Origin: Candidatus Krumholzibacteriia bacterium
GTDB taxonomy: Bacteria; Krumholzibacteriota; Krumholzibacteriia; Krumholzibacteriales; Krumholzibacteriaceae
Assembly (NCBI GenBank): GCA_963836185.1
Contig: CAWIIQ010000001.1
Coordinates: forward strand, 1,280,001-1,344,000
Length of the DNA stretch: 64,000 nt
Reading direction: 5' to 3'
The translations under genes were made by a program, and so were the position numbers. The notes beneath the pieces were generated by a model that saw only the letters and a program-made list of their open reading frames with translations, did not search any database and was not told where the DNA came from. Every line of letters begins with the position of its first letter. Position 1 is the stretch's first letter. Shown here in pieces: positions 46,537 to 55,802 of this stretch.

Positions 46537-47989
46537 ATGAAATCAAGATCTATGAAGATCGTACGGATAGCAGCAGCATCGATGTTCGTTGTAATCATCT
46601 TTTCTCTCGCTGCACCCGCGGCCGAGCCAGGTGATATTGTCGGCGACTGGGCCGGGGTCCTCAGGTTCTCGGGAATGGAGATGAGGATCGTCTTTCATTT
46701 TACACTGGGAGAGGCCGGGACGCTGGCCGCCACGATGGACAGTCCCGACCAGGGAGCGGCCGGGATCCCGACGAGCGGAGTCTCGTTCGATGGTGACAGT
46801 CTTGCCGTCGAGGTCGCCGTCTCCCAGGGCGGTTATTACGCGAAATATTATCCCGACAGCCTCTATTTATGACGGCGAATGGAGGCAGGCCGGACTTCGT
46901 GCTTCCGCTGAGGCTCGAGAAGAGCCGGAGAGATAACTCCTCCGGCGAGGCCGCAGGAGCCGGAGTCGTCCGCTCCCGTATGCCGAAGAGGAAGTCACTT
47001 TCGAGAATACAGGGGCCGGGATAAGGCTGGCCGGAACACTGACGATTCCCGAAGGGGAAGGGCCCTTCCCCGCGGTAGTGCTGGTCACTGGGTCAGGCCC
47101 GCAGGACAGGGATGAGACGGTAATGGGGCATAAGCCGTTCCTCGTGCTGTCGGATCATCTGACGAGGAACGGGATAGCTGTGTTGAGGTATGACGACCGG
47201 GGAGTGGGAAGTTCAGAGGGTGACCACGGCGCAGCCACTACGGCTGATTTCGCGACCGACGCGGGCGCGGCGTTTGAATATCTCGCCGCGAGAAAGGAGA
47301 CAGATCCCGCTCTCACCGGAATAGCCGGCCACAGCGAGGGAGGGATAGTCGCCTCGATGGTAGCAGCCGACTCCGATGATATTGGTTTCATAGTCCTGCT
47401 TGCGGGACCCGGGGTGCCGGGATCGCAGATACTCCTTACCCAGAATGTCAAACTTCTTAAACTTCAGGGCGCATCCGACGAGGTGTGCGAAAAATTGACC
47501 GGGCAGCTCAGACGGGAGTACAGCATCCTCGAGAAGGACGGGGATGACGAGGAGATAAAGAAGGAGATCATTACCGTATCGACCGGATTGCTGGAGGAGT
47601 ATACTCCCGAAGAGAGAGAGACGTACGGGTTCACTGAGGCTGTTGTGAGACAGAGGGCTGATATCATGGTTACTCCGTGGTTCAGGTTCTTTGTAAGGTA
47701 CGATCCTTCAACGGCCATTCGCAGGGTCGAATGCCCCGTGCTCGCTGTAATAGGGGAGAAGGATATACAGGTCGATGCCGGGGAAAACCTTCCCGCCATC
47801 GAGAAGGCCCTGAAGGATGGGGAAAACAGTGATTACCTAGTCAGGGAGATGCCGGGATTGAATCATCTGTTCCAGACGGCCGATACAGGGAGCATATCTG
47901 AATATGCCAATATCGAGGAGACGATGTCACCGGCTGCGCTTGACATGATAAGCGGCTGGATACTGTCGCTGAAGCCAGGAGGAAAGTGA
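46537..47989 (+). CDS. Secreted alpha/beta hydrolase; several apparent insertions at ~46865-46965
   Basis: Signal peptide, 'DSPDQG', 'RPQEP', 'LAGTLTIP', 'GSGPQDRDE', nucleophile 'GHSEGG', 'GEKDIQV', 'LNHLFQ'. Confidence 0.85.
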
Positions 47990-48666
47990 TGAGTGAGATG
48001 TCCGGACAGAGAGATATGGCCCTTCCGGAGCCTACCGTAGGTGGGAGTTACGGTTACGGGCTGGAAACGTTGAAGAAGTATTTTCTCGAGGTCCTTCTGA
48101 TCACACTTGTGGTATTTGTGCTTGTCTCGCCTTATTACATCGCGAGGGAAGCGGCTGATGAATGGGACTCGGGTTTCTCGCTGATCATTCAGCTCTTCGC
48201 GCTGGGCTTCTGGCTGCTGATCCTCGGACCGGTCGAATGGGGAGCGAATGTCGCTATGCTCAAAGCTGTGCGTGGAGAGAAGCTGGAATTCCTCGAGATA
48301 TTCGCATTCCAGAAGAACTATCTCAATGTCGTACTAGCTCATCTGCTCGTTACGGTGATCATCGGGATAGGATTCCTCTTTCTGATCGTCCCGGGAGTCA
48401 TATTTGCCTGCAGGCTAGCTTTCGTTTCCTACCTCGTGATCGACAGGAAGATGGAAGCGACCGAGGCGATAAGGGAGAGCTGGAGGATGACCGGCGGGCA
48501 CAGTATGACGATATTCCTGATGGCCCTGCTCGCATTCCCGCTGGCGATTGCCGGATTGCTCCTTCTCGGTGTCGGGATCGTCATCGCTGTGATGTGGATA
48601 GATCTTGCCTTCGCGGTGATATATTCTTCCGTGGCGGCGAGGGACATGCCCGCAGAACAGGCCTAG
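47986..48666 (+). CDS. Integral membrane protein of unknown function
   Basis: About 5 TM segments, 'LIVPGVI', 'EAIRESWRMTGGH'. Confidence 0.75.
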   Translation: MMSEMSGQRDMALPEPTVGGSYGYGLETLKKYFLEVLLITLVVFVLVSPYYIAREAADEWDSGFSLIIQLFALGFWLLILGPVEWGANVAMLKAVRGEKLEFLEIFAFQKNYLNVVLAHLLVTVIIGIGFLFLIVPGVIFACRLAFVSYLVIDRKMEATEAIRESWRMTGGHSMTIFLMALLAFPLAIAGLLLLGVGIVIAVMWIDLAFAVIYSSVAARDMPAEQA

Positions 48667-48672
48667 GCCGGC

Positions 48673-50167
48673 ATGTATAGTGCCAGGCAGAGGATCGGGC
48701 TCGCTCTCGGTCCGGCGATATTCATCCTTGTTCTCGTAATGCCTCTGCCGGAGGGGATGAGTCCCGCGGCGAGAAAAGTCGCCGCGGCAGCCGCCCTGAT
48801 GGCGATCTGGTGGATCACCGAGGCCGCTCCGCTGGCAGCCACCGCTCTTCTGCCCCTTGCGCTTTTTCCCGCGATGGGAATCATGAAAGCCTCCGAGGCG
48901 GCCGCTCCTTATGCGAACCACCTGATATTCCTCTTTCTCGGCGGATTCTTCATCGCGGTGACGATGGAGAAGTGGAACCTGCACAAACGTATCGCTCTTT
49001 TCACGATCAGGCTCGTCGGTACGGGGACCGACCGGATAATCCTCGGCTTCATGGTGGCGACAGCCTTCCTCTCGATGTGGATCAGCAACACTGCTACCGC
49101 GATGATGATGGTACCGATAGGCATGGCCGTTATAAAGCAGGTCACCTCGAGTAATTCGTACGGCGCTGAGGATTGTATCGACGGGCCTCACCCCCCGCCC
49201 GGATTCGGTTCGGCCCTGATGCTTTCGGTCGCCTATTCCGCATCGATAGGGGGAGTGGCCACCCTGATAGGGACTCCGCCCAATGTTATCTTCGCGGGAT
49301 TTATCGAGAGCACATTCGGCAGGCCGGTCAGCTTTCTCTCCTGGATGGCGGTGGGCCTGCCGCTTGCCGTCGTGATGCTCCTGTTTACATGGTTCTACCT
49401 GACAAGGTGCGCTTTCCATCTCGGCTCCGGGGAACTTCCGGGCGGGATGGCCTGCATCGAAGAAGAGTCGCGAGGACTCGGGCCGGTGTCATCGGCAGAG
49501 AAGAAGATACTGGCCGTATTCTTCCTCGTCGCCTCAGCGTGGATACTGCGCGGATTCTTTTCTACAGGCGATGATCGCTGATTCGACGATCGCGATAATC
49601 GGTGCGCTGCTGCTCTTCCTTATCCCCGCTGATATGAAAACGGGCGAATTTCTTCTCGACTGGAAAACGGCATCGAAGGTCCCATGGGACGTGATTATTC
49701 TCTTCGGTGGAGGATTGTCCCTTGCAGCGGGATTCAGGATGTCGGGTCTCGACGAATGGATAGGGGGGAGTATAACGGTCCTGCACGGAGTGAACTACAC
49801 GGTGCTGATATCGGCTGTGGCCCTGCTGACGATCTTTCTCACCGAAGTGACGTCGAACACAGCGACATCGGCGATGCTTATACCTATTATATCAGGAGTG
49901 GCGATCTCGATGTCGATACATCCGTACGGTCCGGTAGTAGCTGTATGCATCGCCGCATCGTACGCATTCATGCTTCCTGTCGCGACACCTCCAAACGCCG
50001 TGGTCTTCGGGAGCAGGCAGGTGACGATCACGCAGATGGTCAGGGCGGGCCTTGTCCTGAACATATTCGGATGGCTGCTGATAACCCTTGTTGTGGCCCT
50101 GCTTCTTCCGCTGCTGTGGGGTATAGATCCGGGCGCGCTTCCTTCGTGGATCGATCCGCAGGGTTGA
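48673..50167 (+). CDS. DASS/SLC13-family sodium:dicarboxylate/sulfate symporter; apparent frameshift at ~49560
   Basis: 'WWITEA', 'SMWISNTAT', 'TLIGTPPN', then 'LFGGG', 'TEVTSNTAT', 'FMLPVATPPNA'. Confidence 0.88.
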
Positions 50168-50194
50168 GAGCACTGAAAAAAAATACAAATATAA

Positions 50195-50258
50195 TGTAAA
50201 GCGGGCTTGACAAAAGATGAAGGACGGCTATATTTAGTAATGTAAAGCAAGCTTGACA
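50195..50258 (+). promoter_or_regulatory. Promoter with two near-palindromic operator sites
   Basis: TGTAAAGC-gg-GCTTGACA (50195-50212) and TGTAAAGC-aa-GCTTGACA (50241-50258). -35 TTGACA lies inside the first box; -10 TATATT at 50229. Confidence 0.75.
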
Positions 50259-50289
50259 AATGCCGGGAGGAGAGAAAGGAGCTGGAACT

Positions 50290-50487
50290 ATGACCAGAAA
50301 GGAAAAGATGCTTCTTCCCGCGGGGATGGGGTGCCTCTTCGCAGGATTTATGGTCAAGAGGTTCAGCGGAGAGAGTTACCCGATGATAGCCCTGCAGATC
50401 GCGATGTTCGGGTGTTCGATATTTCTGAACATCAGGCACATACTGAAGCTTCGGTCCGACAGGGCGCGGAATACCGGGGGCCGATAA
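50290..50487 (+). CDS. Small 2-TM membrane protein
   Basis: AAGGAG RBS, two hydrophobic segments, stop 1 nt before the XRE start. Confidence 0.55.
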   Translation: MTRKEKMLLPAGMGCLFAGFMVKRFSGESYPMIALQIAMFGCSIFLNIRHILKLRSDRARNTGGR

Positions 50488-50488
50488 A

Positions 50489-50698
50489 ATGGAAGAGAAG
50501 GTAGCAAACAGGATAAGGGAGTTCAGGAAAAAAGCCGGTCTCACCCAGGAGGATCTGGCGAAAGAGATGAAGGTGTCGCGTCAGACTATAATTTCGATCG
50601 AAAAGGGAAAATACATACCGAGTCTTCAGCTGGCACTGAAGATCTCCGGGTATTTCGGATGCTCGACCGACGAGATGTTCGTTATCAAGGAGGAGTAG
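50489..50698 (+). CDS. XRE/Cro-family HTH transcriptional regulator
   Basis: 'LTQEDLAKEMKVSRQTIISIEKGKYIPSLQLALKI'. Confidence 0.92.
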   Translation: MEEKVANRIREFRKKAGLTQEDLAKEMKVSRQTIISIEKGKYIPSLQLALKISGYFGCSTDEMFVIKEE

Positions 50699-50701
50699 AG
50701 G

Positions 50702-50896
50702 ATGGATGAGAGGTTTATGATACACCAGATGAAATCGATGAAGTTAGCCACGAGAGTGGGAGCGGGGCTCATCGGTGCGCTGCTGCTTTACAGGCTGTAC
50801 GTGGATGGATATTTTGATTGGCAGCTCTTTTCATGCGTCGCGATAATGGCAGTCGTCAAGGTAACGTCGCTGATCTATCTTCGCAGAACGAACTGA
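50702..50896 (+). CDS. Small 2-TM membrane protein (DUF2178-like 'DER' N-terminus)
   Basis: RBS, 'MDERF', two TM helices. Confidence 0.7.
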   Translation: MDERFMIHQMKSMKLATRVGAGLIGALLLYRLYVDGYFDWQLFSCVAIMAVVKVTSLIYLRRTN

Positions 50897-50978
50897 TGCG
50901 GTTTGTGCATGGAATCATCACAATATATATTGATATGGTAACGGTGAGACCCCGCGCCGATACCTCCGAAAGGGCCTG

Positions 50979-52427
50979 ATGAGATATATACTGCCTGCTT
51001 TGCTCACAGCCGCTGTGGTCCTCTTCTCGGCGGGATGCTCTGATGAGGATCCTGTTTTACATCAATCTGATCCGCCTGTCATAGTCGACCAGGATCTGTG
51101 GTACGTCGACTCGGCAGCGTCGGGGGCGAGGACAGGATCATCCTGGGACAATGCATTTACCCACGTCAAGGAAGCGCTCGACAACGCTTCAGAAGGCGAT
51201 GTGATTTGGGTCGCAGCCGGGACATACGGCTGTCCCGAGCCCGGAGATTCCTCGATCCCTGTTGTGATGATGAAGCAGTACGTCGATATCTACGGAGGAT
51301 TCTCTACCGCTGATACCACCCTTTCCCAGAGGGACCCGGAAGTGAACCGGACGGTCCTCGATGGTGAGAACAGGGCGTGGCATGTCGTCATAGGGGCGGA
51401 TCACGCGAAGCTCGATGGCTTCACCATCCAGTCGGGACATGCGCATGGTATTTACCCGGACAACTGCGGCGGAGGCATGTTCAACGAAGGCGTCTCACCT
51501 GAGGTCATGAACTGCATCTTCACATCGAACGAATCAGGATTCCTCGGTGCGGGGATGGCGAACTTTAATGCCTCTCCCTGTGTGGAGAACTGTATCTTCA
51601 GGATAAACAGCGCGTTTAATAACGGGGCCGGTGTCTATAACGACGGACGGGACGGTTTCGATAGCAGGCCGCAATTCGAATCATGCGTCTTCGGACCTGG
51701 CAACAGCTGCCGTTTCGGCGCCGGGATGTTCAACAGCTGGTGCGAGGTGGAATTAAACGATTGCCTTTTCTACGATAACCTGGCAAATCATAACGGCGGC
51801 GGTCTGTACAACACGAGCTCGAAGGTGCTTGTGAAGAACTGTGTGTTCCGTGAGAACCGCGCGGGTTACGGGGGCGGGATCTACATGAACGGCATCGCCG
51901 CAGAAGATTCCACAAAACTGATGAACTGCCTCATAGAGACGAACACGGCATATGCCAGCGGAGGGGGAGTCTATCTGCTGAAGTCATCCGCGGTCCTTAT
52001 CAACTGCACGATCGTCGAAAATGTCGCTATATATGGGGGAGGGATAAGCTGCTGGGGAAGTGAGGCGGAGTTCACCAATTCCATAGTCTGGGGCAACGTG
52101 GCCCATTACAGCTGGCCGGCTATCGAGATCGGCACTGAAGAAATACCGGAGATAGGATACTGCGACATCGACCAGGCCGGGTACGGGCTGTCGGGCAGCG
52201 GACTGGCCGACGCCGAGGGGAACATCAGTCTCGCTCCGCTGTTTACGTCAGGGCCTCTGGGCGGCTGGTATCTCTCACACATCGTTGCCGGAGAGGCGGA
52301 GGACAGCCCGTGCATCGATGCCGGGAGGCATACTGCCATCAGCGCCTGGCTTATGGAGTACACGACGAGGACGGACGGCGCACCAGACTCAGGCCCCGTC
52401 GATATCGGTTTCCATCACGCACCCTGA
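50979..52427 (+). CDS. Lipoprotein with right-handed beta-helix (Pmp-like 'GGG..N') repeats
   Basis: Lipobox 'FSAGC', 'GSSWDNAF', 'IWVAAGTY', 'IYGGF', repeated N.A..GGG, 'SPCIDAG', 'VDIG'. Confidence 0.85.
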   Translation: MRYILPALLTAAVVLFSAGCSDEDPVLHQSDPPVIVDQDLWYVDSAASGARTGSSWDNAFTHVKEALDNASEGDVIWVAAGTYGCPEPGDSSIPVVMMKQYVDIYGGFSTADTTLSQRDPEVNRTVLDGENRAWHVVIGADHAKLDGFTIQSGHAHGIYPDNCGGGMFNEGVSPEVMNCIFTSNESGFLGAGMANFNASPCVENCIFRINSAFNNGAGVYNDGRDGFDSRPQFESCVFGPGNSCRFGAGMFNSWCEVELNDCLFYDNLANHNGGGLYNTSSKVLVKNCVFRENRAGYGGGIYMNGIAAEDSTKLMNCLIETNTAYASGGGVYLLKSSAVLINCTIVENVAIYGGGISCWGSEAEFTNSIVWGNVAHYSWPAIEIGTEEIPEIGYCDIDQAGYGLSGSGLADAEGNISLAPLFTSGPLGGWYLSHIVAGEAEDSPCIDAGRHTAISAWLMEYTTRTDGAPDSGPVDIGFHHAP

Positions 52428-52489
52428 TATAGTAGAATAGCTCCAGGAAACACCCCTGAATTTAAATCCCCCTGGAACTGGAGGTTTCG

Positions 52490-53479
52490 ATGAAGATCTC
52501 TGGAAGAAATTTCCTTATTCTTGCCGTGTTGTCGCTGCTGCTCGGGCTTGTTTCAAGCGGCTGCTCGGAAGACGAATCCGAGTGCCCCGTCTGCCCGGGG
52601 ACACCCTCACCGACACTGGATAATCTATGGCCGGATGACGATGGCAATTCGTGGACGTATGACCAGATGAAGCGGCGATGGGAGACGACTCCGTGGACGC
52701 TCTACGAGGATCCGGGTGATGTTCCAGACGCTCCGACTCTCGATTATGTCGAGGTGCGCCTGGGCGATCTTGGTACCGGGACCAACGCCGATACGATGTC
52801 CTTTATATTCAGGCTCGAATTCGACGGGATCTGTGTCTCGGATTCAGGAGCGATTGGCCAGTGTCTCGACGAGACGCTCTTCGATGAATGGGACGATGAC
52901 ATCACGATGGTCTCGTTCGATCAGGCCCTGCTCAGCAGGCTTCTGGTCTCGAGGCCGGATCTTGAGCACGAGATAAGGAGCATCGGCGGAGTGAACCGGG
53001 TCCCCGCGGAAGTGGAAGCCGTTCAGATTGCCAGGGCATCACTGATCCTTCACGGCGGTATCTGGGAGAAGACGGATGATCATATCGGTACATACGGGGA
53101 TATAGACACACTCCTTGCCTGGAAATACCTCGAATCTGACATCTCCGTGGGACACGAGTTCACATTTCAGCTTCTTCCATCCCTGTCCGGCGAAATCTAC
53201 CTGCACTGCAGGGTCCTCAGCAGCGGAACTGTCGAGACTGAGTACGGGACATACAAGAACGCTGTCAAATGCCTGTATCTCATCGACCACGGGATAGGGG
53301 AGATGCAGCCACCCTCCGGGCCGAGGTTTTTCAGGGTCTACGACTACGGGACGATCACGTACGCTCCAGGTATCGGCCCGATATCAAGCTATGAGCGTAT
53401 GTTGATAGATACGACGGTTCCGGACGGTCCGGGGTACGGGGATATCCATATGGAACTGATCGGCTCGGGTAGCGATTGA
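52490..53479 (+). CDS. Hypothetical lipoprotein
   Basis: GGAGG RBS, lipobox 'VSSGC', 'GNSWTY', 'VETEYGTY', 'YAPGIG'. Confidence 0.75.
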   Translation: MKISGRNFLILAVLSLLLGLVSSGCSEDESECPVCPGTPSPTLDNLWPDDDGNSWTYDQMKRRWETTPWTLYEDPGDVPDAPTLDYVEVRLGDLGTGTNADTMSFIFRLEFDGICVSDSGAIGQCLDETLFDEWDDDITMVSFDQALLSRLLVSRPDLEHEIRSIGGVNRVPAEVEAVQIARASLILHGGIWEKTDDHIGTYGDIDTLLAWKYLESDISVGHEFTFQLLPSLSGEIYLHCRVLSSGTVETEYGTYKNAVKCLYLIDHGIGEMQPPSGPRFFRVYDYGTITYAPGIGPISSYERMLIDTTVPDGPGYGDIHMELIGSGSD

Positions 53480-53622
53480 GTGTAAAGATGAGAAAAATTT
53501 AACATTTTTTCGTCACTGCGGGAACAAGCGTTCCCGCAGTGCGTACATATAGGCATAGAGAGACGGTCCGACCCCACCGGGCCAGAGATCATGACCCCGC
53601 TTAACAGAGGAGGGAGCGCTCC

Positions 53623-55677
53623 ATGAGGAACGGGATATTTTCACGGACCATGTTCATCGTCCTGATGGCCATACTCTTTTCCGCGGCCGCTGCGGCAGGA
53701 GAGATCCACGAAAAGGCTCAGGAAGGCGATCTGGCAAGGGTAAAGGGACTTATAGACGCCGATCCGTCCATGCTCGAATCGAAGGACGCCGCCGGATCGA
53801 CGCCTCTTATAGCGGCATGCGCCGGCGGGCAGCTCGAGGTCGCTAAGTTCCTCGTGGGGAAGGGAGCCGACATCAATGCCGGCGACAATGAGGACAGCAG
53901 GGCTATACATCTCGCCGGTGTAAGTGGCAGCGTGGAATTACTCGGGTATCTGCTCGGCCTCGGTATAGAGGTGGACACGAGGGATGAGAACGGGATGACA
54001 GCCCTGTTGTTCGCCGGATACAGGGGGCAGGCGGAGGCCGTTGATTATCTCATCTCAAAGGGAGCGGATGTCAACGTCACGACGAACGGCGGAGGTACCA
54101 TGGTTCATGCCGCTTCGTACGCCGGTAACGTCGATATGCTCGAAAGGCTCTTCGCTGGAGGGGCAAAAGCCGATCTCCCGCCTGACCAGTACAATAATAC
54201 ACCGCTGGCGGGCGCCGCGATGAGATGCCGCGACGACGCGGTCAAGCTGCTGATCAAGAACGGCGCTTCTCTCGAGCCCGGATTCGAGGGAGCCAATCCT
54301 CCGCTGATCGCCGCAACATGGAGGGGCTGCAACAGCGTCATCGAGATACTGGTAAGCAGCGGCGCCGATGTCGATGTTCTGGATGACGGCGGGGGCACTG
54401 CGCTCCTGGTGGCCGCCTCGGCGGGCCAGGCCGAGACGGCCAGGCTGCTGGTCGGCCATGGAGCTGACGTGGATCACCCTGACAGCAGGGGATGGACCCC
54501 GCTTATCTGGGCGGCACGCTCCGACAGTTCCGAAATAACCAGGCTGCTCCTCTCGAAAGGGGCCTCGCCGGATGCGGCGAATAACAATGGAGTGACGCCT
54601 CTGATCATGGCTGCAAGGGAAGGGCAGGCCGAGTCGGCCGAGCTTCTGATAACTGCCGGAGCGGATATCGACGCACGCCAGGAAGAGCGTGGCTGGACAG
54701 CTCTGCATATGGCTTCAGCCTGCGGATATACCGATATAGCGGAAGAGCTGATCGAGGCGGGAGCGGATGTCGACGTGAAGGATAACGCCGGCCTGACGCC
54801 GGTATACTACGCCTCGATGTATGGAAACAAGTCGGCGGCCGGCTGTCTTAAGGCCCATGGATGTAAATCCGTAAAATGTGAAAATAATGAAGCTTGCTGC
54901 AAACAGTTGACAAAGAAGATGAAAGATGGAGAGGCGTACGTCTGGTACCTCGGGCACAGTGGATGGGCGATAAGGACGAAGGATAATCTCCTTCTCTTCG
55001 ATTGCTGGGAGAACGGTAGAAAGCCGGACGAACCATGCATATCGAACGGGTATATAGTCCCCGAAGAGGTCGCAGGGCTGAATGTCACCGTATTCGTCAG
55101 CCACGTCCACGGAGATCACTATTCAAAGCACATACTCGAATGGCGAGGCAAGGTCGATGGGATCGACTACGTGATGGGATTCCCCTGTGAAGATTTCGAT
55201 GATTACATATTCGCGGGGCCGAGGGAAAGCCTCGAGCATGAAGGGATGAAAATAGCCACGATCGAGTCGAACGACAGTGGAGTAGGATTCTTCGTCGAGG
55301 TTGACGGCGTGCGTATCTTCCACGCAGGCGACCACGCGAACAGGATGAGGGACTTCTCCGGCCCGTACAGCGCGGAGATCGATTATCTCTCCAGCAGCTT
55401 CGAGAAGGTAGACCTGGCCTTTCTTCCCGTATCGGGATGCGGCTTCGGCGATCAGGAGGCTGTGAAGAAGGGAGTCTTCTACGCGCTGAAGAAACTCGAT
55501 CCCGCAGTCTTCTTTCCAATGCATAACGGCAAATGGCCTTCACGCTACGCCGAGTATAAAAAGGAAGCGGCCGAGATGGGATTCAAGGCTGAGACGGTCT
55601 GCGCCGAAGGGCCGGGAGACAGGTTTCATTTCAGCCGCATGGATGACGGAACGCCTGTAGTCTCGCTGCAGGACTGA
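53623..55677 (+). CDS. Exported ankyrin-repeat protein fused to a metallo-beta-lactamase-fold hydrolase
   Basis: Signal peptide, about 11-12 ankyrin repeats (G.TPL..AA..G...LL..GAD), then 'YLGHSG', 'SHVHGDH', 'FHAGD', 'PMH'. Confidence 0.88.
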   Translation: MRNGIFSRTMFIVLMAILFSAAAAAGEIHEKAQEGDLARVKGLIDADPSMLESKDAAGSTPLIAACAGGQLEVAKFLVGKGADINAGDNEDSRAIHLAGVSGSVELLGYLLGLGIEVDTRDENGMTALLFAGYRGQAEAVDYLISKGADVNVTTNGGGTMVHAASYAGNVDMLERLFAGGAKADLPPDQYNNTPLAGAAMRCRDDAVKLLIKNGASLEPGFEGANPPLIAATWRGCNSVIEILVSSGADVDVLDDGGGTALLVAASAGQAETARLLVGHGADVDHPDSRGWTPLIWAARSDSSEITRLLLSKGASPDAANNNGVTPLIMAAREGQAESAELLITAGADIDARQEERGWTALHMASACGYTDIAEELIEAGADVDVKDNAGLTPVYYASMYGNKSAAGCLKAHGCKSVKCENNEACCKQLTKKMKDGEAYVWYLGHSGWAIRTKDNLLLFDCWENGRKPDEPCISNGYIVPEEVAGLNVTVFVSHVHGDHYSKHILEWRGKVDGIDYVMGFPCEDFDDYIFAGPRESLEHEGMKIATIESNDSGVGFFVEVDGVRIFHAGDHANRMRDFSGPYSAEIDYLSSSFEKVDLAFLPVSGCGFGDQEAVKKGVFYALKKLDPAVFFPMHNGKWPSRYAEYKKEAAEMGFKAETVCAEGPGDRFHFSRMDDGTPVVSLQD

Positions 55678-55708
55678 CGATTCGAAGACTCTACACAGAC
55701 GAACTTGG

Positions 55709-55733
55709 AGGGGCGGAGCGATCCGCCCCTTTT
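55709..55733 (+). terminator. Probable intrinsic terminator
   Basis: aggggcgga-gcga-tccgcccct followed by ttt. Confidence 0.65.
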
Positions 55734-55802
55734 CCAGTTATAGCGGGCAGGTTCCCAATCTGGTATAATGTGTAAGGGTAGTAATCTTACAAGGAGAGTC
55801 AT

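Noticed and set aside
17318-49570. Programmed ribosomal frameshifting or phase variation at the frame breaks
   Set aside because: No shared slippery motif or long simple repeat. Breaks are numerous, sometimes several per 100 bp, and also hit housekeeping tsaC, so sequencing error is more parsimonious
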